A stretch of 64,000 bases of DNA. Source: Phycisphaerales bacterium. GTDB lineage: Bacteria > Planctomycetota > Phycisphaerae > Phycisphaerales > UBA5793. Below, in pieces: positions 58,192 through 64,000 of the stretch (the stretch's first letter is position 1; each line of letters opens with the position of its first letter). The DNA lies in contig JAPKGW010000001.1 in the NCBI GenBank assembly GCA_026647365.1, forward strand, positions 66,340 through 130,339. Reading direction: 5' to 3'. The notes below the pieces were generated by a model. That model was given only the letters and a program-made list of their open reading frames with translations, was not told the DNA's origin and searched no databases. Both the position numbers and the translations under genes were made by a program.

Positions 58192-59091
58192 CTACCGCGT
58201 CGCAACTTCGCTGATCTCCTGCGCAAAGCGATGCGCTGCGTCCGCCACGGCATCGGCCCAGGGACGATCAGCCTCCTTCTCGTATGCGAAGATCACGCTG
58301 CGGCTGGTGGTGATGATCGCTCCGCGCCCGTCAGGGTTGAAGCAGGCGCGCACATCCTCGGCGCCCCCTCCCTGCGCGCCGTAGCCCGGCACGAGGAAGA
58401 TGCACCGGGGCATCAGCGCCCGGAGCGAGGCAATTTCCGATCGCTTCGTCGCCCCCACGACCGCGCCGAGATCGCTGTAGCCGAGCATCCCCATGTGCTC
58501 GCGCGCCAGGCGATCAACGACGCCGGCCACGTGTTCCGCGACCGTCTCGCCGCTCTCGAGCCGAGCCTGCTGGATCTCGTCGCCACCCGGATTGCTCGTG
58601 CGCACGAGGACAAATGCCCCGCGCCCGTCGCGGCAGAAAGGCTCAATCCCGTCTGCGCCGAAGTAGCCGTTGATCGTCACCGCATCGGGGACCGCCAGGC
58701 GCGGAGCCAACTCGTCGCGGTCGATCCACGGTTCAAAGATGCCGCGCGCGTAGTGCTCGGCGGAGAGGCCGATGTCACCTCGCTTCGCGTCGAGAATCGC
58801 GATCAGTCCGAGGTCGGCCGCATCGGCGATCAGGCCGGAAAGCGTCTCGACGCCTTCGTCGCGGTAGCGCTCGAAACACGCGCTCTGAAACTTGACGGCG
58901 GGGACGGCATCGGCCACAGCGTCGAGCACCACCGAGCAGAACTCGCTGATCGCCGCCAGAGCGCTGCGCGGGCCATCGATGCGCCGGCGCAACTCGGCCG
59001 GCAGACGCTCATGCACCGGGTCGATCCCCACGCACGCAGGCGAGCCCTTGTGCCCGATCGCATTGAGCAGCCGATCCGAGAAGTGTTCCAC
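58192..59091 (-). CDS. pyrF: orotidine 5'-phosphate decarboxylase, type 2
   Basis: 299 aa. Motifs seen: ACVGIDP, VKFQSACFE, ILDAKRGDIGLSAEHY, VNGYFG, PGYGAQGG. Confidence 0.9.
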   Translation of the reverse strand: MEHFSDRLLNAIGHKGSPACVGIDPVHERLPAELRRRIDGPRSALAAISEFCSVVLDAVADAVPAVKFQSACFERYRDEGVETLSGLIADAADLGLIAILDAKRGDIGLSAEHYARGIFEPWIDRDELAPRLAVPDAVTINGYFGADGIEPFCRDGRGAFVLVRTSNPGGDEIQQARLESGETVAEHVAGVVDRLAREHMGMLGYSDLGAVVGATKRSEIASLRALMPRCIFLVPGYGAQGGGAEDVRACFNPDGRGAIITTSRSVIFAYEKEADRPWADAVADAAHRFAQEISEVATR

Positions 59092-59185
59092 GAGCGCTCC
59101 GTTCGCTGAAATCGCGGGAGTCTATGCGCGCAGCACGGTGGTTTGGCGGCCCCGGGGCGCGCCCGCGCTAAACTCTGGCGGACCA

Positions 59186-59563
59186 ATGTCCATGATCGCC
59201 AGGCCCCGACATCTCGACATCAAGCGCGATCGCGGCCTCACCATCGAGTGGGAGGACGGCTCGACGACCTTCTATTCCGTGACGTACCTGCGCAAGTGGT
59301 CCCCCTCGGCCGAGGCCCGAACCCTGCGCGAACAACTGGCGAGCAATCCGCTGACGGTCCTTCCCGCGTCTGCGGTGTCCGACGGCAAACCGCTTACCAT
59401 CGTGGACGCCGAGTTCGTCGGAAACTACGCGATCAAGATTCACTTCAGCGACGGTCACGACACGGGGCTGTACTCGTGGGAGTATCTCCTGGAGATCGAC
59501 CCGGCCCGCCAGGCGTCGCGTAAGTCGTTGGAGTCTCCCGTGGTGCGCGAGAGACACGGATGA
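59186..59563 (+). CDS. DUF971-type (gamma-butyrobetaine hydroxylase N-terminal-like) small protein
   Basis: 125 aa. LTIEWEDGSTTFYSVTYLRKWSPSAE and GNYAIKIHFSDGHDTGLYSWEYL match the DUF971 pattern. Confidence 0.75.
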   Translation: MSMIARPRHLDIKRDRGLTIEWEDGSTTFYSVTYLRKWSPSAEARTLREQLASNPLTVLPASAVSDGKPLTIVDAEFVGNYAIKIHFSDGHDTGLYSWEYLLEIDPARQASRKSLESPVVRERHG

Positions 59564-60048
59564 GCGACCGGATCGAGATCGCGCCCCTGCCGTCGCCCGC
59601 GAAGATCGAGGACATCGACTGGCTCGCGCTCGGCACGCCGCGCCCCGATCCCTTCACGCTCCGCCTGACCGTCGGCCCGGCGCACATCAGCCGCGTCATC
59701 CCCCACGTGCCCAACACGACTTTCGTGCAGTGGCTCGAATCAATGGCGGTCGCACACTGCGCTTCGCTTGGATTCGACGACGCCTGGCATCGGCAGCGCG
59801 ACCTGATCTGGTTCGTGCGGCGGCACGAGATCGACTACCTCGCCGAAGCGCTCGAAGGCGATGATCTCGTGATGGCGACGTGGGTCGAGGGATTCAACAA
59901 GACGAGTTCGCCCCGGCGGTACCTCATCTGCCGCCCGCGCGACGAGGCCGTGATCTGCCGGGCGATGACGGTGTGGGTGCTCATGTCGCGCAGCACGCGG
60001 CGGCCGCAGCGCATCGACCCCGGCGTGGCGGCGGCGTACCTGGCTTGA
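59560..60048 (+). CDS. hotdog-fold acyl-CoA thioesterase (4HBT/YbgC-like)
   Basis: 162 aa. The length and the blocks VPNTTFVQWLE..AH, WFVRRHEIDYL and VMATWV fit the 4HBT family. The ATG overlaps the upstream stop (ATGA). Confidence 0.65.
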   Translation: MSDRIEIAPLPSPAKIEDIDWLALGTPRPDPFTLRLTVGPAHISRVIPHVPNTTFVQWLESMAVAHCASLGFDDAWHRQRDLIWFVRRHEIDYLAEALEGDDLVMATWVEGFNKTSSPRRYLICRPRDEAVICRAMTVWVLMSRSTRRPQRIDPGVAAAYLA

Positions 60049-60248
60049 TCGTCGCTCGCGCGCCTCGTCTGTTGATGTCTGCGCCGCAAGTGACTCGATC
60101 CGGTCTCTCGTCTCGGCCTGCTTTCCAGCGCGGCGCAAATGGGCAGGCACTTCTTTGGCAGCGCAGACATCATTAAGCCGTGTCTTCACCGTTGAACTTC
60201 TCCCTCAGCACGCGCGATCGCGAAGTCGCAGCGAGCAAGCGAACCAGA

Positions 60249-60375
60249 AAACAAACGGGACAGGTACATTTATTGCCAACCGGATTTATCGCGTAACGAC
60301 TTGAAAATAAAGGACATAAAATGTACCTGTCCCGTTTATTTTGAACGGAAATAAACGTACCTGTCCCGTTTGTTT
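60249..60375 (+). repeat. left 127-nt three-armed repeat module (F - 47 nt - R1 - 15 nt - R2)
   Basis: F is AAACAAACGGGACAGGTACATTT (60249..60271). R1 is AAATGTACCTGTCCCGTTT (60319..60337). R2 is AAACGTACCTGTCCCGTTTGTTT (60353..60375). R1 and R2 are reverse complements of F with one mismatch each. Confidence 0.95.
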
Positions 60376-60423
60376 TTGCCGGGTTCGCCTTGTTTGCAGG
60401 CGCGGGTTGGAATACGCTCGCAC

Positions 60424-61101
60424 ATGCCACGCACCGCTCGACGAACGCCCGGCGGCTATGTCTACCACGTCCTCAATCGAGGCGTCGGCCGACGCACCAT
60501 CTTCGAGAAGGACCATGACTACGAGGCGTTCGAACACATCATGGGCGAATGCCTTGACCAGCATCCGGGCGTCCGCCTGCTCACCTATTGCCTCATGCCC
60601 AACCACTGGCACCTGCTGCTCTGGCCGCGCAGCGACGATGACCTCGCGCCCTTCATGCAGCGCCTCACGTTGACACACGTCTGCCGATGGCAGCGACATC
60701 GGGAGTGCCACGGCACGGGCCACCTCTACCAGGGTCGCTACAAGTCATTCCCCATCCAACAGGACAACCATTTCCTCATCGTGGCGCGATACGTCGAACG
60801 CAACGCGCTCCGCGCCAATCTGGTCAAGCGGGCCGAAGACTGGCCCTGGTCTGGCTTATGGATTCGACAACAGGGCGATGACGAACAGCGTCGCATGCTC
60901 ACGGCCTGGCCGGTCGCGCAACCCCGAAACTGGCTCCGTCTCGTCAACGCTCCGCAAAGCGACAAGGAGCTCGACACGGTGCGAGTGAGCGTCGACCGTG
61001 GACGGCCCTTCGGCTCCGACCAGTGGAGCACGCGCGTCGCACAAGCACTCGGCTTAGACCACACCTTTCGCGAACGAGGCCGACAGCCCAAGACCTCCTG
61101 A
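60424..61101 (+). CDS. HUH / Y1 tyrosine transposase, RayT (REP-associated) / IS200-like family
   Basis: The track ORF starts at 60370 inside repeat arm R2. I prefer ATG 60424 (MPRTARR), giving 225 aa. Motifs seen: GGYVYHVLNRGVGRRTIF, the HUH motif CLMPNHWHLLLWP, GRYKSFPI, and the candidate catalytic Tyr in ARYVERNALRANLV. Confidence 0.85.
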   Translation: MPRTARRTPGGYVYHVLNRGVGRRTIFEKDHDYEAFEHIMGECLDQHPGVRLLTYCLMPNHWHLLLWPRSDDDLAPFMQRLTLTHVCRWQRHRECHGTGHLYQGRYKSFPIQQDNHFLIVARYVERNALRANLVKRAEDWPWSGLWIRQQGDDEQRRMLTAWPVAQPRNWLRLVNAPQSDKELDTVRVSVDRGRPFGSDQWSTRVAQALGLDHTFRERGRQPKTS

Positions 61102-61176
61102 CCGTCACAAGCCCCGCCGGCGACCCAGCCTCGCGAGGCCCAAGCGAGAGATGCGGTTCGCCAGAAACAACCCGCA

Positions 61177-61303
61177 AAGCAAAAGGGACAGGTACATTTG
61201 TTTCGGGACGAAAATCGGCTGTAAGTCTTTGATATACAAGCAGATAAAATGTACCTGTCCCGTTTATTCGGGAACGGAATAAACGTACCTGTCCCTTTTG
61301 TGT
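61177..61303 (+). repeat. right 127-nt three-armed repeat module, same order and spacing as the left one
   Basis: F is AAGCAAAAGGGACAGGTACATTT (61177..61199). A 47-nt spacer follows. R1 is AAATGTACCTGTCCCGTTT (61247..61265). After 15 nt comes R2, AAACGTACCTGTCCCTTTTGTGT (61281..61303). Confidence 0.95.
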
Positions 61304-61350
61304 GAGGATTGCGCGATGCAACTTGCCTGACGGTCTCTCGTACCTCAGGT

Positions 61351-62277
61351 TCAGTCGGCGTCGTCGCCGTTGAGCGTCTCCTTCATCACCCGCCCGCTCA
61401 CGAGGTCGTAGCACGTGGACAGCAGGCCGAGGATGCGGAAGCGGCTCTCGGGGAAGGGCGAAGGGCCGAGACGGCGCACCAGAACGTGCGAGACTTCCGG
61501 CGGCGCCAGACGCGTCTCAAATGAGGCGATCTCCGGCCGAAGGTCGTAGAACGAATCAATCAGGCAATCGAGAGGCTGCGGTTCGACCGCGAGAATCGAA
61601 CGATCGAGCGGTTGATGCGCCGTCGCCGGCCCGGCGCCCGAGTCGATCGTGCGCTTGAGGCGGATGCGCTCGGCGAGTTCGACGGGATCAACGCCGCGGA
61701 TCGTCCATGCGAGCGCAGGCTGGGCGTCAAGGCGCTCGGCGAAGAGGTGGGCGGCGGCGACGGCGTGCTTGCACCACGTCAGTTTGCCGTCGCGCACCTG
61801 AGGGCAGGTGCAGGTGGGCGTCGCCCCCTGCGCGCCGCGGACCGGGAGCAGCGCCATCGCGTGCGCATCGAGCACATCCAGCAGCTCGCGGCTGATCTCG
61901 CCCTCCCCCAGGCCGTGCGCCAGGCGCGCTTCGCCCGAGAGCGAGGAGATGATTCGCTCGCACGCTTCCTGCTCAAACGTAGGCCAGGCGATGGACCAGC
62001 GGTAGGCGCGGGCGCAGCGTCCCTGAATTGTCGACTCGATGCGGCCGGGCCTGACCTCAAGGCTGATGATCTGGCCAAGGCGAGCGTAACTGATGCCCTC
62101 ATCGAAGAGCGCCTGATCACTCACGCATGCGCGGACGTCGTCGAGCCAGCGCCGCGTGAGCGGGTGAGTGCCGAGCCGATCAACGCGAAGGCTGAGTTTG
62201 ACCCCGCGCTGCACGCGGCGAGGCTTATCAGGCAGGCGGCGCGGATTCGGCGATGGGGAGGAGGGGGTGGAGGTCAT
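61351..62277 (-). CDS. SWIM zinc-finger protein
   Basis: 308 aa. The SWIM signature is C.C..(n)..C.H in TCTCPQVRDGKLTWCKHAVAAAHL. The ATG overlaps the stop of the upstream SNF2 gene (ATGA). Confidence 0.8.
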   Translation of the reverse strand: MTSTPSSPSPNPRRLPDKPRRVQRGVKLSLRVDRLGTHPLTRRWLDDVRACVSDQALFDEGISYARLGQIISLEVRPGRIESTIQGRCARAYRWSIAWPTFEQEACERIISSLSGEARLAHGLGEGEISRELLDVLDAHAMALLPVRGAQGATPTCTCPQVRDGKLTWCKHAVAAAHLFAERLDAQPALAWTIRGVDPVELAERIRLKRTIDSGAGPATAHQPLDRSILAVEPQPLDCLIDSFYDLRPEIASFETRLAPPEVSHVLVRRLGPSPFPESRFRILGLLSTCYDLVSGRVMKETLNGDDAD

Positions 62278-64000
62278 GTCGCGGCTGCCTCCGCGGCCGA
62301 GTCGTCAAGGTCGTCCGCCGATTGCATGTCCTCGTAGCGCAGGGCGAGCACCTCGCGCAGCTGATCGGTGCTCAGTTCCGTGAGCCACTGCTCCCCGGCG
62401 CCGACGACGTGCTCGGCCAGTTCGGTCTTCTGTTCGATCATCGCATCGATGCGTTCCTCGAGCGTGCCCGAGCAGACGAACTTGTGCACCTGGACGGCGC
62501 GGGTCTGACCGATGCGGAACGCGCGGTCGGTGGCCTGGTTCTCGACAGCCGGGTTCCACCAGCGATCAAAGTGGAAAACGTGATTGGCGGCGGTGAGGTT
62601 AAGTCCGAAGCCGCCCGCCTTGAGCGAAAGGATGAACACGGGGCAGGTTCCGTCTCGCATCTGGAATCGTTCGATCAACTGCTCGCGCTTGCCGATGGGC
62701 GTGCCTCCGTGGAGGAAGAGGGCCTCAAGACCCAGTTCGCGCCGGACCATCGAGGCAAGCAGGTGCCCCATCTCGCGGAACTGGGTGAAGACAAGCGCCG
62801 AATCGCCCTCGGCCACGACTTCCTCGAGCATCTCGATCAGGCGTGCCGCCTTGCCGGAGCGCGCGACGGTGACGGCGCCCTGGCGGCCTTCCTCGGCGTC
62901 GCGCAGGAAGTGGGACGGGTGATTGCAGATCTGCTTGAGTTTGACGAGCGTGGCCAGCACCAGCCCGCGGCGCTGAATTCCCTCGCTCGCGTCGGCCTGG
63001 CTCAGCATTGACTGGACCGTGGCCTCGTAGAGCCGCGCCTGCTCGGGCGTGAGCGAGCAGTAGACCTTGTACTCGAGTTTGTCGGGCAGGTCGGCGATGA
63101 CGTGCGGATCGGTCTTGAGGCGCCTCAGGACGAAGGGCTGAATGAGATGACGCAACTGCCCGACGCGCTCCTGGTCGCGGTAGCGCTCGATGCCGACGGC
63201 GAACTGCCTGCGGAAGTCGTGCGCCGTGCCGAGGTAGCCGCTGTTGAGGAAATCCATGATGGACCAGAGTTCGCTCAGGCGATTCTCGACGGGAGTGCCC
63301 GTGAGGGCGATGCGCCGCTGGGCCGGCAGGCCGCGGATCGCCGCTGACTGCTTCGCGCTCGGGTTCTTGATGTTCTGCGCCTCGTCGAGGCACACGCGCC
63401 ACCAGGGCACGCGCCCAAGCGTCTCGCGGTCACGGTGCACAAGGGCGTAGGTTGTAATGACGATGTCGTGGGCGCGGGCGTGCTCGATCAGGGCCTTGCC
63501 GACGGCGCGGTTGACGCCGTGATGCACCATGGCCCGCAGGCTCGGCGAAAACCGCCGCAACTCGCGCACCCAGTTGCCGAGTACCGAAGTCGGCACGACG
63601 AGCAGCGTCGGCGGCACCGCCCTCTCGGCCGAGGCGGTGTGCGGACCCGCCGAGTTGCGCGCCGCCTCACGCTCGGCCAGCAGCAGCGCGATGAGTTGAA
63701 TCGTCTTGCCCAGGCCCATGTCGTCGGCCAGGCACGCGCCCAGCCCGAAGCGATCGAGGAATGCGAGCCAACTCAGCCCCTTGACCTGGTACGGCCGCAA
63801 GTGGCCCACGAACGACTCGGGCTGGGGAAGCATGGGCATGGCTCGCGCATCGGCGCCGGCGGCCGTGGTCCCGAAGAGTTGCCCCACCCAGCCGTCCGCG
63901 TCCATTCCCAGCACAGGCAGGCCCACGCGTTCCGGCGTTGAGCCGTACGCCAGGCGCAGCGCATCGCGAAGCGTCATCTCCCCTTCGTCCGACTGCTCCC
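62274..64000 (-). CDS. SNF2-family helicase/translocase, 5' end beyond the window
   Basis: Motifs seen: LRPYQVKGLSWL, ADDMGLGKTIQ, CLDEAQNIKN, ALTGTPVENRL, LVFTQF, SLKAGGFGLNLT, DRWWNPAVENQATDRAFRIGQ. The frame stays open upstream of the track start (63977) to the window edge. Confidence 0.9.
   Translation of the reverse strand, partial: EQSDEGEMTLRDALRLAYGSTPERVGLPVLGMDADGWVGQLFGTTAAGADARAMPMLPQPESFVGHLRPYQVKGLSWLAFLDRFGLGACLADDMGLGKTIQLIALLLAEREAARNSAGPHTASAERAVPPTLLVVPTSVLGNWVRELRRFSPSLRAMVHHGVNRAVGKALIEHARAHDIVITTYALVHRDRETLGRVPWWRVCLDEAQNIKNPSAKQSAAIRGLPAQRRIALTGTPVENRLSELWSIMDFLNSGYLGTAHDFRRQFAVGIERYRDQERVGQLRHLIQPFVLRRLKTDPHVIADLPDKLEYKVYCSLTPEQARLYEATVQSMLSQADASEGIQRRGLVLATLVKLKQICNHPSHFLRDAEEGRQGAVTVARSGKAARLIEMLEEVVAEGDSALVFTQFREMGHLLASMVRRELGLEALFLHGGTPIGKREQLIERFQMRDGTCPVFILSLKAGGFGLNLTAANHVFHFDRWWNPAVENQATDRAFRIGQTRAVQVHKFVCSGTLEERIDAMIEQKTELAEHVVGAGEQWLTELSTDQLREVLALRYEDMQSADDLDDSAAEAAAT

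Larger units (their letters stand above)
60249..61303 (+). mobile_element. REPtron-like / IS200-like unit: Y1 transposase gene bracketed by two direct copies of the hairpin-repeat module
   Basis: See the three component features. Both modules and the gene share one orientation. The real element boundaries (cleavage sites) cannot be read from one copy. Confidence 0.7.

Noticed and set aside
55442-58384. 980-aa ORF on the + strand, the longest non-HrpA ORF in the track
   Set aside because: It lies antisense to pyruvate kinase and the solute-binding protein, both of which have clear family motifs. The product is Arg/Ala/Gly/Asp-rich with no motif. It is a typical high-GC shadow ORF.

Overview
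This is a 64-kb, gene-dense, high-GC chromosomal segment (about two-thirds G+C by eye, not computed). The gene content includes many signal-peptide proteins with FG-GAP, vWA and PKD domains and an HWE kinase, and Shine-Dalgarno sites are mostly weak. That suggests a Planctomycetota-like (Phycisphaerae-type) bacterium, but this is inference only. I call 46 protein-coding genes (2 cut by the window edges), 2 degraded genes, tRNA-Ile(GAT), tRNA-Arg(TCT) and RNase P RNA. I saw no rRNA, CRISPR array, integrase or prophage. Most genes are housekeeping: NAD-type isocitrate dehydrogenase, malic enzyme, hrpA, gcvT, smpB, dus, greA, argF', cobB, bioA, cinA, pyk and pyrF. Unusual content: (1) An HUH/Y1 RayT/IS200-like transposase gene (60424..61101) is bracketed by two 127-nt three-armed hairpin-repeat modules. 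A 93-nt non-autonomous copy of the same repeat lies at 12144..12236. Together these look like a REPtron-like mobile repeat system with an atypical architecture. (2) A second, unrelated palindromic repeat family surrounds argF' (46865..48020). (3) A decay zone at 29.4-31.2 kb holds a secreted-protein gene broken by two +1 frameshifts and a pseudopilin-like C-terminal fragment. It sits next to a C39-like cysteine peptidase. Four secreted proteins in the window share a C-terminal module of about 90 aa. (4) There are two orphan beta-class DNA methyltransferases. (5) An arsR-arsM pair has a near-consensus promoter that predicts a leaderless mRNA. (6) A 586-nt gene-free stretch (51427..52012) contains competing G/C-tract hairpins, an AT-rich island with two mini-ORFs, and a clean intrinsic terminator. 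(7) A translationally coupled SNF2 helicase / SWIM zinc-finger pair abuts the transposase unit. Many long ORFs in the supplied track, up to 980 aa, are antisense shadows typical of high-GC DNA and were rejected. All calls rest on reading the sequence and on remembered family motifs. No searches were run.
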